A stretch of DNA of 64,000 nucleotides from Sulfolobales archaeon HS-7 (GCA_019704295.1 AP024596.1:608001-672000), one strand, 5' to 3'. Numbered from the stretch's first letter, positions 20,300 through 32,619 are shown. Numbers and translations: made by a program. Notes: a model not told the origin generated them from the letters alone.

Positions 20300-20806
20300 T
20301 TGACAAACGTAAATGAACTAAGTGATTTAGAATACAAAGTGATAACTTATTTAAAATCTGATTCCAGAATTAGTTCGAGTAAGCTGGCTAAGGAATTGGG
20401 AGTTAGTAGAGCTACTGTGGCCAAAGTTATCCATTCCCTAAGGAATAAGGGAGTTAAATTCACTGTAGATTTTTACGAAGATGGAAAGCTTACAGTTTTC
20501 GCCATCGCAAACAGCTGTATCAATGAGGGGGAGTGCTATAGGCTTATTGATGGCAGATTTTTGGTAATTACGTCAGGTAACATGAACGAGATCGAAGGAC
20601 TTCTCTCGAAACTAAAAAGTGAGCATTACTTCATAGCTGTCGATAAAACCGGTTCCCCTAGTGTCAAACAGAAGGGGCTAAAGTGTGACTACTGTGGTGG
20701 AGATATAAAAGGAGAGCCCCTCCTAATAAAAAGGGGAAAGAAGAGGTATTATGCATGTTGTAGGACCTGTCAGACTCATCTCGTTAAAAAATTGAACAAG
20801 AGGTAA
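20300..20806 (+). CDS. copR: Copper-responsive regulator (Lrp-type HTH plus TRASH)
   Basis: N-terminal HTH; C-terminal CDYCG...YYACCRTC. Confidence 0.85.
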   Translation: MTNVNELSDLEYKVITYLKSDSRISSSKLAKELGVSRATVAKVIHSLRNKGVKFTVDFYEDGKLTVFAIANSCINEGECYRLIDGRFLVITSGNMNEIEGLLSKLKSEHYFIAVDKTGSPSVKQKGLKCDYCGGDIKGEPLLIKRGKKRYYACCRTCQTHLVKKLNKR

Positions 20807-20838
20807 AACTCCCGTTAAGATAAACGTTTTCTAAATAC

Positions 20839-21975
20839 TTATTGCGCTACTCCCCCTGTATTTCCAACTCCTACTAAAACTACAGTATCGCCTTCATTAG
20901 TTCTCTCCTTTATGATTTCCCTTACTAGATCTAATGCTTTCTCTGCAGCATTGTACACTTCTTTCCTCATAGCAGTTATTGCCTCATCTAAGCCCATCTT
21001 GATAACTACAGCATCGATTGGTATAGTGTATTTCGCAGCAACTCTCTCTATCTCTATTTTCTCAGGACCGGGATCTCCCATTGCTACTCCAGTTCCCTCA
21101 GCAACTGTTCCAGTTTCCTCCCCTTCTAGTCTTAGCATAGCGTCAACAGTAACTATTCTTTTAACCTTGCCCTCTTGTTCCTCTATAACTTTCGCTACTG
21201 CCTCTCCTGGCGTACCTACAGTTGCCTTAGGTCCTTCGGCCTTAACTACTATTAATTTCCTTCCCTCAAACATTACGTCCCCCGCTATTGTATCCTTGCT
21301 TACAGTCCTCTTATTATCAGCGTTCATAAGTAGGCGTGATGCAACAAGAGGTCCTATCGCATCTCCAACTGGGATCCCTTTTTCAAAAACCTTCTGAGCC
21401 TTTAAGTAAGCCTCGGCTTGCTTAACAAGTATAGGAACTATCATTTGCAGTTGATATAATAACAGATAGTTATTTAGCTTCTTTGCGGTTAGCATGTAAT
21501 GCCTTACTACTTTATAAAACATATTAAGAGCGTTAGTTACTTCTGCTGACATCTCTATTTTACTTCTGGTTATAGTATCGACATTCGGAATTGACCTCTG
21601 AATCAAGTCGACAATCTTGTCCTCAGTCGTTCTATAAAGAAGTCTCATTCTATTTATTATATCAGTAGGCTCTACCCCAACTGGTTCGATTGTAAATAGT
21701 TCCGCTAACCTCTCTGTAAGGGGTTTTGGATCGCTTACGCCTTTCTCCTTAAGGAGCTTTTCCGTGTTTTCCCTTGCATCCTTTGCGTATTTCTCAAGTA
21801 CTACTAGTCTACTTTCAACATCTCTTAACAAAAACCACATCTGAGCCCTTTGATTAAGACCGGGAAGAAAGGCAAATGCAAAGGAAGCAATAAATAATAT
21901 ATATATAATGTATGTGAGGTACAAATCTGCCCCTGATGGCGCCGCACTTGTTTGGGCTAATGCAATAATAAACAT
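20839..21975 (-). CDS. DUF1512 family membrane-anchored protein
   Basis: [20 protein letters not shown] and [10 protein letters not shown] motifs. Confidence 0.8.
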   Translation of the reverse strand: MFIIALAQTSAAPSGADLYLTYIIYILFIASFAFAFLPGLNQRAQMWFLLRDVESRLVVLEKYAKDARENTEKLLKEKGVSDPKPLTERLAELFTIEPVGVEPTDIINRMRLLYRTTEDKIVDLIQRSIPNVDTITRSKIEMSAEVTNALNMFYKVVRHYMLTAKKLNNYLLLYQLQMIVPILVKQAEAYLKAQKVFEKGIPVGDAIGPLVASRLLMNADNKRTVSKDTIAGDVMFEGRKLIVVKAEGPKATVGTPGEAVAKVIEEQEGKVKRIVTVDAMLRLEGEETGTVAEGTGVAMGDPGPEKIEIERVAAKYTIPIDAVVIKMGLDEAITAMRKEVYNAAEKALDLVREIIKERTNEGDTVVLVGVGNTGGVAQ

Positions 21976-22321
21976 TAATCCTTACCTACCATAATTCCGC
22001 GCGGGGAAAATTAAGCTTTTTCATAAATTATAGAAACCGTATTTTACCGGATTTTTTACGTGATATAGATTAAGGCAGTGAAAGTCCCCTTTCGCGGCAG
22101 TAGATCAAAACTCATCACTTCATAAGTAATTCGATTTAAGTTTTTGGTACTGTATTTATTTCACAATAGGAAATTATTTTTGCTATTAACATAATATTCA
22201 TTTAAAAAAATAAACTAATTTTGGTCTGTCAGTAAGGTCAAGTAGTTCTCGAACTAAAACGTAAATGTCGATTTAGTTGTTAGCACTTAAGCGTTAAATA
22301 TAGGCTTTTCTCATATAAGCC

Positions 22322-22864
22322 ATGCTAATAGCCATTAGCGGTCCTCCTGGTAGTGGAAAGACATCCGTTGCGCGTAAAGTCGCAGAGTTAAGTGGAATGG
22401 AACTAGTATCTGGGGGCATGATATTTAGGGAAATGGCTAAGGAAAAGGGAATATCCGTTATCGAATTAAACCAGATTGCTGAAAAGGATAAGAATATAGA
22501 TTATTACGTTGATAATACATTAGTTAAGATGGCTAAATTAAAAGATAATGCGGTATTTGAATCGCACTTAGCTGGATGGTTATTACGAGGAGTAGCGTCA
22601 TACGCAGTCTATTTAAATGCTCCTATTGATGTACGGTCCAAACGGGTGGCTGATAGGGATAACATCTCCCCCATACAGGCACTTAGGGAGATAGCAAAAA
22701 GAGAGTTAAGTCACTACGTGAGGTTTTGGGAACTTTATGGGATAGATATTACCGATTTAAGTGGCTTTGATCTTATAATCAGTACAGAAAAACTCAATAT
22801 CCTAAAAGTGGCGGAAATCATATTATCCGCTATTAAAAGTCTAAATACTGGAGAGCAATTCTGA
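22322..22864 (+). CDS. cmk: Cytidylate kinase (archaeal type)
   Basis: ISGPPGSGKT, FREMAKE, ESHLAGW and YGIDI motifs. Confidence 0.9.
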   Translation: MLIAISGPPGSGKTSVARKVAELSGMELVSGGMIFREMAKEKGISVIELNQIAEKDKNIDYYVDNTLVKMAKLKDNAVFESHLAGWLLRGVASYAVYLNAPIDVRSKRVADRDNISPIQALREIAKRELSHYVRFWELYGIDITDLSGFDLIISTEKLNILKVAEIILSAIKSLNTGEQF

Positions 22865-22923
22865 ATGCTGATGAACTGGCTTACAGATGGTTCTCATTAT
22901 TTTATAGCTTCGTCTTACTAGCT

Positions 22924-23233
22924 ATGAACTCACCCCCTTTTGTAAAAGGGGCTTCCTGCTTCACAGCTGCACCTTGCCAGTACTAAAGAACTGAGCTCCT
23001 CAGACTCTGAGGACCGCACCTCGAAGTTAACGTTAGTGTTTAACATGGCACCGCTGATTGGAGGAGAGGTGTGTCACATCGACCCTTTCTCAGGAGGTTA
23101 AGTGACGCTTACTCTGTCGATGATTGTCGTTGATATATTAGGCTGCGAACCGATACTCCAAACTAAATCAAAGAGGGCTATCCATCCTCGCGGATGAGGG
23201 TCTTCCACCCCTCTAATCCCCGATGAAGATAAA
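22924..23233 (-). mobile_element. SMN1-like IS200/IS605 MITE, copy 4 (best-preserved right end)
   Basis: Right-end hairpin CCCCTTTT-GT-AAAAGGGG with minus-strand end GTGAGTTCAT; left end TTTAT-CTTCATCGGGG. Confidence 0.8.
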
Positions 23234-23274
23234 TTTCAATCCCCAAAATATTATATCTTCTACCTTACTGTAAT

Positions 23275-24777
23275 ATGTGGATACAGTTGGTTAAATGGGA
23301 TCCAGTAAGAATAAAAGTGTTAGACGAACTAAGAAATAATAATATTAATCCATATCCACATAAATTTTATTTTTCGCATACAATAGAACAAATAAGAAAA
23401 ATGTATGGTAATAAGAAGAAGGAAGAAAGTGAATATATTACAGAGAACATTTCTACAGTAGGTAGAATCGCAAACATACGGAGACAAGGGAAGGCAAGCT
23501 TCGTCGATATCTTTGACGAGGGAGAGAAACTACAACTGTATCTCAGAGTAAACGAACTTGGTGAAAAATACGAACTCTTCTTTAAGTATTTTAGTCGAGG
23601 AGACATAATTGGGGTAGAGGGAAAACTATTCTTCACGCAAAGAGGGGAACTCACTCTTCTTGTACAGCAGTACACCATGCTTGCTAAATCGTTAATTGAA
23701 CCTCCTGATTGGTCTAAATTGTCTCCTGAATTCAGATATGCTCACAGATACGTAGATTTCCTCTATAACTCGAATTCGAGAAAGAACATGCTAATTAGAT
23801 TTAGTGTCATTAAGGCGATAAGGGACTTACTGGCAGAAAAGGGTTTTATGGAAGTTGAAACGCCAATTCTCCAACCGGTTTATGGCGGGGCTTTAGCAAA
23901 ACCTTTCACAACGAAAGTTAATTTCTTCGACGAAACATGGTATCTCCGCATATCATTAGAACTATATTTGAAAAGATACATTATTGGTGGTTTTAATAAG
24001 GTATTTGAGATAGGTAAGGTATTTCGTAATGAAGATATAGATGTAACTCACAGCCCTGAGTTCACTATGTTAGAACTGTACTGGGCATACGCGGATTATA
24101 ACGATATCATGAGTCTCACTGAGGAGATGTTGCATGCGATATTCCAAAAGCATGTAAAATCTGAAAGTGTGAAATACACCGTAGGAGACAAGCAATACGA
24201 AATAAATTTGTCTGTACCGTTTAGAAGGCTTCCTATGGATAGTGCAGTAAGCGACGTTCTCGGTTACGATGTAAATACAGCACGTGAGGATAAGTTGATA
24301 GCGGAACTCCAAAAATACTCCTTAGTGCCTAGAGGAGGCGTTTATAGCAGAGGGCTTATAATTGAGAAACTATTTGACAAACTCGTAGTTCCTACCTTAA
24401 TCCAGCCGACGTTTATTATAGATCATCCACTTGAGACAACTCCCCTTTGTAAACCACATAGAACTAAAGAGGGTAAAATTGAGAGGTTCGAACTTTTCAT
24501 CGGAAGTATGGAAATAGCTAACGCATATACGGAACTTAATGATCCAATATTGCAGGACAAACTATTCAAAGAGGAAGTGGAAAGATATAAAAAAGGTGAC
24601 AAAGAGGCTCACCCGTATGATGTAGACTTCATAAGAGCTTTAGGATATGGAATGCCTCCTACTGGTGGTTTAGGTGTTGGCGTTGACAGGATAGTTATGC
24701 TGATAAGTAATAATACTAGTATAAAAGAAGTGATTCCCTTTCCTATGCTAAGTGCAAAAATAATTGAGGAGGACTAG
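23275..24777 (+). CDS. lysS: Lysyl-tRNA synthetase, class II
   Basis: OB-fold; [19 protein letters not shown] and [14 protein letters not shown] motifs. Confidence 0.96.
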   Translation: MWIQLVKWDPVRIKVLDELRNNNINPYPHKFYFSHTIEQIRKMYGNKKKEESEYITENISTVGRIANIRRQGKASFVDIFDEGEKLQLYLRVNELGEKYELFFKYFSRGDIIGVEGKLFFTQRGELTLLVQQYTMLAKSLIEPPDWSKLSPEFRYAHRYVDFLYNSNSRKNMLIRFSVIKAIRDLLAEKGFMEVETPILQPVYGGALAKPFTTKVNFFDETWYLRISLELYLKRYIIGGFNKVFEIGKVFRNEDIDVTHSPEFTMLELYWAYADYNDIMSLTEEMLHAIFQKHVKSESVKYTVGDKQYEINLSVPFRRLPMDSAVSDVLGYDVNTAREDKLIAELQKYSLVPRGGVYSRGLIIEKLFDKLVVPTLIQPTFIIDHPLETTPLCKPHRTKEGKIERFELFIGSMEIANAYTELNDPILQDKLFKEEVERYKKGDKEAHPYDVDFIRALGYGMPPTGGLGVGVDRIVMLISNNTSIKEVIPFPMLSAKIIEED

Positions 24778-25036
24778 CTTTTACTATATCTGTATTTAAT
24801 TTATAACTAGAATCACTAATGTAAAGAAAAAGGAAAACAATTAGGGAGATTTAAGCGAGTCAATTTAACCTATGGTAGGGCTTCCCTTAATTTTACATAA
24901 CTACCACATAACAATTATTAAAATGACTATAATGTAATTGAAAAACTTTAATAAGAGAGATGAGGAGAGTTCACTGATTAGCCTCATGTGTTTTCTTAAA
25001 TAACGAAAACTTCATAATTTGTTCCGTTAGTTGTAA

Positions 25037-25996
25037 TTGATGTTTACAGAACTAGTGGGTAGTTATCCTCGCCCCTACGTGCTCAATGAGTATATCAAGA
25101 AGTTTCGCAGTGAAAAGGTAGAAAAGGAAAAGTTCGACTCTAGAATGGGAAAGTTTAAGGGCGAACTCCTGAATAGTTTAATTAATAACAATTTCTCGTT
25201 TTTCACTGACGGCATGTTAGAGTATGATGATATTGTAGATGTCGTATTTCATATGATTAGTGGGATAAAGAGAGGAGAGTTAACTCGATTTTACGACAAT
25301 AACTTCTACTATAGGACTCCCACGGTTAAGGAGAAAATAACCTGCAGTCCTGAACAATACCTTAACAGATTTAAGGCTACTATTGATCTAGCTAATAAGT
25401 TAGGTATTAATTCAGATAAAATAAAGGCTTACACTTTAGGACCATTGACCTTCTCCCAGATGGCAGAGGATAACTTCTACAATGATAGAGTAGAACTAGC
25501 GTTTGAGTACTCAAAGTCGCTGAAGGAATGTTTAACAAAATTAGAAAAGTATACAAAGATTGTGGAAATACACGAACCAGGATTTTACTCCAGAACGTTG
25601 CAGAAGAAAGTTATAGAGAGAAGTGTTGAAATATACGATGTATTAAAGACTACAATGGAAAGAAGGGTATATCCACATTTTAATATATCCCTAGATAGAT
25701 TGGAATTGCTTTTCAGATTGGATGCTGATGTAGTAGGTGTTGATATAGTAGGTAATATAAGAATGGCCGGAAACATATATAATAAACTTACGGGGAAAAA
25801 AATATCATTGGGGGTTGTAGACGCTCGTACAACAAAAATGGAAACTAAAAGTAAGATTAGGCGGATTATTGAAAAGGCGCTAGATAGGAAACCAGAAAAG
25901 ATCTTATTAAGCAATAACACATTTCTCGACTTCATACCAGAAATTGTAGCGAAAAGAAAATTAGTATTACTTTCGCAGGTGGCAATGAATGAATGA
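25037..25996 (+). CDS. Split MetE, N-terminal (folate-binding)-like subunit
   Basis: GSYPRP and [12 protein letters not shown]; lacks Zn ligands; overlaps metE. Confidence 0.75.
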   Translation: MMFTELVGSYPRPYVLNEYIKKFRSEKVEKEKFDSRMGKFKGELLNSLINNNFSFFTDGMLEYDDIVDVVFHMISGIKRGELTRFYDNNFYYRTPTVKEKITCSPEQYLNRFKATIDLANKLGINSDKIKAYTLGPLTFSQMAEDNFYNDRVELAFEYSKSLKECLTKLEKYTKIVEIHEPGFYSRTLQKKVIERSVEIYDVLKTTMERRVYPHFNISLDRLELLFRLDADVVGVDIVGNIRMAGNIYNKLTGKKISLGVVDARTTKMETKSKIRRIIEKALDRKPEKILLSNNTFLDFIPEIVAKRKLVLLSQVAMNE

Positions 25997-26963
25997 ATTA
26001 CCCATTCTTCCAACTACAGTAATAGGTAGTTATCCTAGACCTAAATGGTTAAGGGAGATGATAAGGCTAAACCTTGCGGGTAGAGTTACGGACGACGAGT
26101 TAGCAGAGGCCTTTAACGATTCAGTAATATCGGTGTTTCGCGATCATCAGTTAGCAGGAGTAGACGTGCCTTCTGATGGAGAAATGAGGAGAGATGAAAT
26201 GACAGAGTTCTTTGCTAAAAAACTTAAGGGTTTCAAATTTTATGGACCGGTTAGAGTTTGGGGGACCAATTATTATAATAAGCCTTCGGTAGTTGGTAAA
26301 ATACAATATGAACAGCCAATGCTAGTGAACGAATTTGAGTTTGCTAAGGGCGCTTCCTATACCCCTAATTTAAAAATTACCATTACGGGTCCATATACAA
26401 TTGCCGACTGGTCGTATAATGAGTACTATAGGACAAAATACGATATGGCAAAGGACTTGGCTAAGACTATCAATCTGGAAATAAAAAAACTAATTGAGGT
26501 CGGGGCCAAAATAATACAAGTAGATGAACCTGCTTTGCATTCCCATAGTGAAGAAGTAGAGTGGGCTATAGATATTACGAACGAGGCTATCGCCGGAACG
26601 AATGTGAAGACAATAATTCATATCTGCTACGGAGACTATTCACTTTTAACACCGTATATTGAAAACCTAAAGTATAATCAGATAAACTTAGCGTTAAAGA
26701 ATTACAATTACAAACCATTGAAATTATTCAAGAAATGGCATGGAGAACTCGGGATTGGTGTGATTGACGTTCATCAAAGGAGAGTGGAGTCGGCAGAAGA
26801 GGTGGCAGAGGATATAGAACACGTTCTAACTCAGTACCCAGCTAAGAAAATATGGATCAATCCTGATTGTGGCTTAAAGTTACTACCGAGAAGTATCGCA
26901 TTCCAAAAGTTAAAATCCATGGTAGATGGAACAAAAATAGTTAGAGAAAAGCTAAAATCGTAG
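25989..26963 (+). CDS. metE: Cobalamin-independent methionine synthase catalytic subunit
   Basis: [11 protein letters not shown]; Zn ligands in HICYG and WINPDCGL. Confidence 0.92.
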   Translation: MNELPILPTTVIGSYPRPKWLREMIRLNLAGRVTDDELAEAFNDSVISVFRDHQLAGVDVPSDGEMRRDEMTEFFAKKLKGFKFYGPVRVWGTNYYNKPSVVGKIQYEQPMLVNEFEFAKGASYTPNLKITITGPYTIADWSYNEYYRTKYDMAKDLAKTINLEIKKLIEVGAKIIQVDEPALHSHSEEVEWAIDITNEAIAGTNVKTIIHICYGDYSLLTPYIENLKYNQINLALKNYNYKPLKLFKKWHGELGIGVIDVHQRRVESAEEVAEDIEHVLTQYPAKKIWINPDCGLKLLPRSIAFQKLKSMVDGTKIVREKLKS

Positions 26964-26981
26964 TAACGTATACATAATTTA

Positions 26982-27188
26982 ATGAGCGTAAGCGAGAAAG
27001 ATATAGAAATTGCCATAAGGTATTTTAGAGGTGTACTTTCTGTTGGAGAAATATTAGCCATTTACGAACTTAGGGCTGCGGGTATAAAGGAACCGGAAAA
27101 AGTGTTAGGCGAACTAATTAGGAAGGGGATTATTGAGAGAGGCGAGGGGTGTTATAATCTAATTAGAAAAAAGTCTTTTGAACAGTAA
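26982..27188 (+). CDS. pbp2: PolB1-binding protein PBP2
   Basis: SVGEI...[12 protein letters not shown], matching Sulfolobus PBP2. Confidence 0.8.
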   Translation: MSVSEKDIEIAIRYFRGVLSVGEILAIYELRAAGIKEPEKVLGELIRKGIIERGEGCYNLIRKKSFEQ

Positions 27189-28079
27189 GGAATGGAGATC
27201 GAACTCATTATTAATATGAAATGTCCTATCTTTGAGTAATTTGATGCTCTTTAACGATATATCCCATGTCTTTTCCAGTATGGAAGTCATAAGATATTGT
27301 CTTGATACTTCCTTTGAAAGCAACTTAAGTTCTGAACTGTAGTCCTTATCGTAAACTAGCCAATTTTGTACAGGCTCTAGAAGTCTTGCTATACTAAATA
27401 TGCCTCCACCAGTGAAAGTTTTTATTAGGCCAGTTGAATCCCCAATATAGCCTAAGGTTACCTTTTTAGGTTTAACGCGAGGAATTATCCCTCCGTGAAT
27501 CCCTATCCGCCTTTTATCAATATGAGGAACGAAAAGTCTTGGATCTGAATAAGATATTGCACCTACTAAAGTACGGTCTCCAAGAGGAACTATCCAAGAG
27601 AAACCTGCAGGATTTCGCTTATCTAGAAATACTGATATGAAGTCTTCGTTTATTGGTTCTTTTTCCTCCTCTATCGCTTTAACCCACCTAGCCCTTCCTT
27701 GCCAGCCGGTAGCTAATATCACTTTTCCACAGAAGCTCTCTACATTGGTTCCTACACAATGTTCATTAATCAGATTAACTGAGGTTGGATGAAGTACTTT
27801 CAAGTTTTCTGCTAGGTCCCTTTCTAATTTTTCTCTATTCAATCTTATAATATTCGTCTTAATGAAAACAGAATCCTTACCCACACTTATCTTAATTGTA
27901 TCAAAAGGTGCGTCAATATATTCCTTACTTACCCCTAACCTCTCAAACGTATGGCGACTTATAATTCCCGTACATTTTTTCCCGAATACTCTTCTCCTAT
28001 CAAACAGAATCACATCAGAAAATAACCTACTGCCTAACAATAACCCAGCGATTCCCGCTCCCACTATTATAAACTTCAA
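27159..28079 (-). CDS. FAD-dependent oxidoreductase, geranylgeranyl reductase-like
   Basis: [18 protein letters not shown] and IGD.....K.FTGGGI motifs. Confidence 0.8.
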   Translation of the reverse strand: MKFIIVGAGIAGLLLGSRLFSDVILFDRRRVFGKKCTGIISRHTFERLGVSKEYIDAPFDTIKISVGKDSVFIKTNIIRLNREKLERDLAENLKVLHPTSVNLINEHCVGTNVESFCGKVILATGWQGRARWVKAIEEEKEPINEDFISVFLDKRNPAGFSWIVPLGDRTLVGAISYSDPRLFVPHIDKRRIGIHGGIIPRVKPKKVTLGYIGDSTGLIKTFTGGGIFSIARLLEPVQNWLVYDKDYSSELKLLSKEVSRQYLMTSILEKTWDISLKSIKLLKDRTFHINNEFDLHSLLFKRLFSN

Positions 28080-28483
28080 AATTCAGAGGACCTGTCTGCT
28101 TCGTTTATTGTGTACTTTTCTGCTCCCAATGCGTTAACTATGTACTCAAATGCGCTCCTAGGCTCGGTATGTGCCCCGCACGAATAAACGTCAACAGTCG
28201 CGAAGTTGTATTCAGGCCAGGTATGAACAGCGATGTGACTCTCTAGGATAATTGCTATAATACTAACGCCATCACCTATTTTCCATTTCTTTATATCTAA
28301 GATTCTCATTTTCCCTTTTTCCGCAGCCCCTCTAACTATGTCTTCAAGCGTTTCTAAGGATCGCAGCTTTTGGGGTTCACATCCGTACAGATTTCCATAG
28401 ACCTCTCTTCCAACAACGGTAGGGCTTCCCAAGTTTTTTGTAAATTCTTCAGCTTCATAACTCCCCCCTATCATCGAGACCAT
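28076..28483 (-). CDS. speH: S-adenosylmethionine decarboxylase proenzyme
   Basis: [13 protein letters not shown] self-cleavage site; C-terminal EADRSSEF; start uncertain. Confidence 0.85.
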   Translation of the reverse strand: MVSMIGGSYEAEEFTKNLGSPTVVGREVYGNLYGCEPQKLRSLETLEDIVRGAAEKGKMRILDIKKWKIGDGVSIIAIILESHIAVHTWPEYNFATVDVYSCGAHTEPRSAFEYIVNALGAEKYTINEADRSSEF

Positions 28484-28876
28484 ATATTCGCTATCACATA
28501 CACTATAAAAAAATTTTGGTTTCTTATCAGTTTGTGGATTACCTGATATCACTCAAAAATTATACCTTTAGACACTGGAGATGTCGTTGTTGAAAGTTTC
28601 GGATGAACCATAGAGTTTATATACTTTACATATAAATATATTATATAATTCCTATCACGGGATGTTAAAGAATTTTCTCTAAAGGTGACACGGTACTACG
28701 CAAATGTGTAGTCTTGTTTCGCCAAAAAATCTCACGCTTATAAGATATTATTAGGGTAACTTATACATAGAAATATATGATTAAGTAAACTTAAGAGATA
28801 TAACAATGTGATATGTTTAGTCGAAATCTGCTACATTTTACAAGTTGATGATAATAAACACAAGAAGTTCTGAATT

Positions 28877-31299
28877 TACCTCACGAGGTTAAAGCAAGGT
28901 ACATAGTCGACCTTGTAGCCTGAAAACGCCTAGAGGAGGTTGACGAACTGGTCAAACGCTAGGGGCTTTTCTCCTAGTGGCTTAAAGTTAAACGAGAGGA
29001 AGAGGTAAAAGTTCCACGCAGTGTCTAGGAGCGCGTAGATCAGGTAGAGGTGTTTGCATAACCTCCTGATGAGTTCTATCCTTGCTTTCCTCGTCTTGAA
29101 CCCTTCCTCTACGCCTCGACCTGTAGGTCTTGGCTAACTCGTAGGGATCTTCCTTGATGTTGGTCACGAAAACGAAGTGCGTTAGTTTCCCCTTATGTTT
29201 CACGTAAATCACGTCGTAATAGTCCCTCGTACTCTAGCCTTCTATAAGCAACGTAAGTTCTATCCTTAACCGTGTGGTATTTCACGGTAAGGGGCTGAGT
29301 AAAGAGTTGATTAACTCCTTTCAGGTAGCTCTTCCCTCTGATCACGGTTTTAGCGGGTAACTCCTTGAGGATCTCGAGATTGAGGAATCCAGCGTCGGCT
29401 ATGACCTAACTCAAGTTGATATACTGTACAGGCTTGTTGACGAAATCTTGAAGAAACTCGGAGGGCTTTTGATCCCCTAGAACTGCGAATTGGGTAACCA
29501 CGTTACACCTGACGGGAGACAAGAGATCTGCAGATCTAACCTTTTCCGAGAAGAGTTTGTCCTCTACCCCCTTCTCAGCTTCCTTCTCTCCCACCGTCAA
29601 GAAGGTCCTGTCGAATCCCAGCACGGTCTCAGAGAAGATCGAGCCCAGTTCCCAGAACTCAAAGGTTTTACCCAAGAGGCGCTACACGCTTCGCCTCTAA
29701 CATAGCTACGGAAACAGCGTGTTCAAAACACTACTTACGTTAACGTCGTAGTCCTTGACGTTCTTAGCCTTGATCAACTTCGACCTCTTTGTAACTAAAC
29801 CCCTGTACACGCGATCCACTAGAACGTGGTAGGTTATGCTGGCGAGCTTCCCCGCGAGCGCACAAGTTACCTCAACACTACTTTTTTAGTGATGAGCCTC
29901 TCGTAGAAATCCGCAAAAGGTCCACGCCTAGCTATCCTAGCGGACAAGTAAAATGCCCTTCGCAAGTACTTGTTACCCTCTATCCACGTGGGACTTGCTA
30001 TTTCCGCTCTGCTTAGTCCTTGGGGCACGCGTAAGCTCTCGCAGCCTTGGAACTTAGAAAACGAGAGACGTCGCCGAACTCATCGTAGATCGTCGCAGCG
30101 GTTTAACTCCGGGGATCTTGGAGAGCTCTACAACTTCTTGCGGGATTTTCGAAAGTATTGCTTTCTCGACGCCATCATGTCCTTTAGTTGCTTTAACAGC
30201 TCCACAAGCTGTTCAAGCTAGCCTCTCGGCTCGATTCAGTGTTCTCCCCAACTTCTCGCCTAACTCCCTCTTGTCCTTCTGCTTCAACTCTCCCTTGGAC
30301 AGCTTCTCAAGCAGTTCCCCTCTCGTTGAACGGCTCTAACTTATACCGAGCGGTCTCTAGAATTTTCCTTATCTCGTCACTTGCGCCTCTTTCTCCACAA
30401 GGCTCGTCTCGCACCTCGTTAGCTCCCTTATCTCCCCGTCAGGTATGAACCTTTGACTACTCCCGTCATGAAGGCCATTACAAGCCTTTGCGCGTCCAGT
30501 CCGTCTTCTTCCCGAGTATTTCGGACAAATGTAGGGTTAACTACCGTTACCTTGAATCCTCTCTGAGTTTCTCGTGCAGGTAGTAGAAGGGCCTGTAGCC
30601 TCCATTATTCCCTCCCTGTAATCGCTAAGGAATTTCACGAGCTCCTCTATCCCCTCGTTGTCGTTTTTGATTCCCTCCTTGATTGAATACGGATTTCCCT
30701 TGTTCCACTAGAAGTTCTCCCTTTGCCACAGTTAACTCTCGGATATGTCTATCGCGAAGCCCTTGGTAACGACTTCCATGGTGTATCTTGCTCACTCGTG
30801 AAATATTACCTTAACTAGTGTAATACCGTCTCCCTCGTTTCATAGCACCAGCTACCGTCAACCCCTAGAGAAACTTGTTACAACCTCGGGGGTTCTATCC
30901 CCTCTTGTGTTCTAGAGACATCACAGCCAGCCTCTTCTACGGGGTTTTCCCTCCATTGGGTCGGGCTTACCTTGTTTTCTCCTTGTCGCCTTACATGCTT
31001 AACTCACGTAATACTTGTTTTATCTCCATAACTAGTGGTACGCGTTTTCCCCGTGGAAGTTCCCCCTAACTTTTCCCTTGTCTTACAAGGGATATGTTCC
31101 CTTCCTCTATCCCCAAGAGGAGGGATTTACTCCTCTTGATAATGTCACGGGGTTAGAGAAAATCTTCTTAAACGCTTCCTCTGCTATTAGCGAAGGACTT
31201 GCCCTTTGCTAGTTTGGTTTTCCTCATATCAAGGCTTGGGAAGTCCCTCGCTTAAACTTTAACGTCCTCATTTCTACCCGCTTGATAACATACGAGGTA
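28877..31299 (-). mobile_element. Decayed DDE transposon (IS4/ISH3-like) interrupted by IS110
   Basis: N-terminal fragments at 31250-31005 and the remainder at 29630-28930 (GFDRT, ADAGF, VTN...LA..Y..R...EEGFK); imperfect TACCTC.. terminal inverted repeats. Confidence 0.65.
29675..31000 (-). mobile_element. IS110-family element, transposase pseudogene
   Basis: ATG at 30779, AIDIS, KKTD..DAQRL and GNKYLRRAFYL..FYERL with many frameshifts; about 220 bp of non-coding left end; boundaries approximate. Confidence 0.8.
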
Positions 31300-31371
31300 T
31301 TACTATACGTATAAAACCTAGGTTACGTGCCTTTTGCTGAGGTAAAAATTGTTCCTTTCTCCACTTTAATG

Positions 31372-31497
31372 GAAATTTTCCTAATTTCTACTTTTGAGAA
31401 CGAGATTTTCCCGTGTTTTAGAAATTGTCTCATTTTTAGTAAAATTAATTAAATACGACTGGGGATATACTTTTTGTAAAGTCATGGAAAGGAAATT
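31372..31497 (+). promoter_or_regulatory. Cluster of ANTTTC DNA-damage-response hexamers upstream of cedA1
   Basis: ANTTTC at 31375, 31383 and 31405; GAAATT (reverse) at 31372, 31421 and 31492. Confidence 0.5.
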
Positions 31498-31543
31498 AGT
31501 TACGATTTACTCTAACTACTAAATAGACCTTATCATCAAAATC

Positions 31544-31807
31544 ATGACGGACATAGTATCATTTGTAAACCAATTAACAACTGAGGTTACTGAAGTCGCC
31601 TGGGCAGTTTTTATCTTAGGATGGGCTATTGGATGGGGATTAAGAGGTTCCCCAATACCGATATTTAGAGTAAAGCGAGCGGGACAGGATATCTTAGAAG
31701 ATGCGATTTTTGCCGCATTCTGGCTCGCTATGGGTTCTTCTATCTTCTACTTAATAATATACATTTTGGGGCAGGTAGGAAATCCTTCACCTCCTCCACC
31801 CCCTTAG
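31544..31807 (+). CDS. cedA1: Ced DNA import pilin-like protein
   Basis: Two TMs, GWGLRGSPIPI..VKRAGQD.LEDA..AAFWLA.G. Confidence 0.88.
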   Translation: MTDIVSFVNQLTTEVTEVAWAVFILGWAIGWGLRGSPIPIFRVKRAGQDILEDAIFAAFWLAMGSSIFYLIIYILGQVGNPSPPPPP

Positions 31808-31817
31808 GTGAGCTGTC

Positions 31818-32609
31818 ATGTATTCTTCTACATACTTTATTTTTCTTGCAGAGACGATCGGTATGTTTACTTACGTTCTAGGTACGTTATTCTTGGGTTT
31901 GCCGCTTCCTATTTCCTCCCTGAAAAGATGGGGAACCCGTATGATTAGAGACGGAATATATATCATGGTTCTCGTTAACATATGGGTTCCAATGCAGGAG
32001 CTTGCGATGGTAATTGGAAGTATGTTAGGAGCAAGTTGGTCAAACTTCTTCTCATGGTGTGGAACGACTGTACAGAATCAATTAGAAATACTTTCAATCA
32101 TTGAAGTCATTTACTCCACTATTCAAGCGCTAGGTTTGGGCACTCTATCTGCTCTTCTTTCCCCATTATCCACGGTGAGTACTATACTTACTATTTCGAT
32201 GACAGGCATAGAAACATTAGTAGTGATTGGGAAGATCGTTTATACTTTGATGGGGGTATTCTCAGCGATGGGTATAATGCTGATTGCCCTTCCGTTTAGG
32301 GTGGGTAGGGTTATTGGTTCCTCCTTGCTAGCGTTCTCAATAATATTTTATGCGGGACTCCCCTATTTACCATACTTCGTTCAAAATGTATTTGGTTCAG
32401 TCTCAATAGTTAGTCTAAGTTACTCCACAGCTCAACAGATAAATACCAGTGTAACATCTCTATTAACACAGGTAATACCTAATGTTATTGGAATCTCAAT
32501 AATAGGACCAGCGATCTATCTGACAGTATTGGGAAGCTTATCTTTAGGTCTAGCATCGGCAATTAGTGGGAGTCGTGCAGTGCTGCCTATCTCGATAGAT
32601 GTGTTCTAG
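31818..32609 (+). CDS. cedA: Ced DNA import membrane protein
   Basis: Multi-TM; LPLPI..LKRWG..MIRDG and LPFRVGR..G motifs; follows cedA1. Confidence 0.85.
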   Translation: MYSSTYFIFLAETIGMFTYVLGTLFLGLPLPISSLKRWGTRMIRDGIYIMVLVNIWVPMQELAMVIGSMLGASWSNFFSWCGTTVQNQLEILSIIEVIYSTIQALGLGTLSALLSPLSTVSTILTISMTGIETLVVIGKIVYTLMGVFSAMGIMLIALPFRVGRVIGSSLLAFSIIFYAGLPYLPYFVQNVFGSVSIVSLSYSTAQQINTSVTSLLTQVIPNVIGISIIGPAIYLTVLGSLSLGLASAISGSRAVLPISIDVF

Positions 32610-32619
32610 GTGAATATGT

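Noticed and set aside
24955-24990. ATGAGGA...CTGA as a C/D-box sRNA
   Set aside because: The boxes are too close together and there is no C'/D' pair.
25037-26963. Two MetE-like genes as a novel pair or a broken gene
   Set aside because: They match the known archaeal split-MetE organisation and both ORFs are intact.
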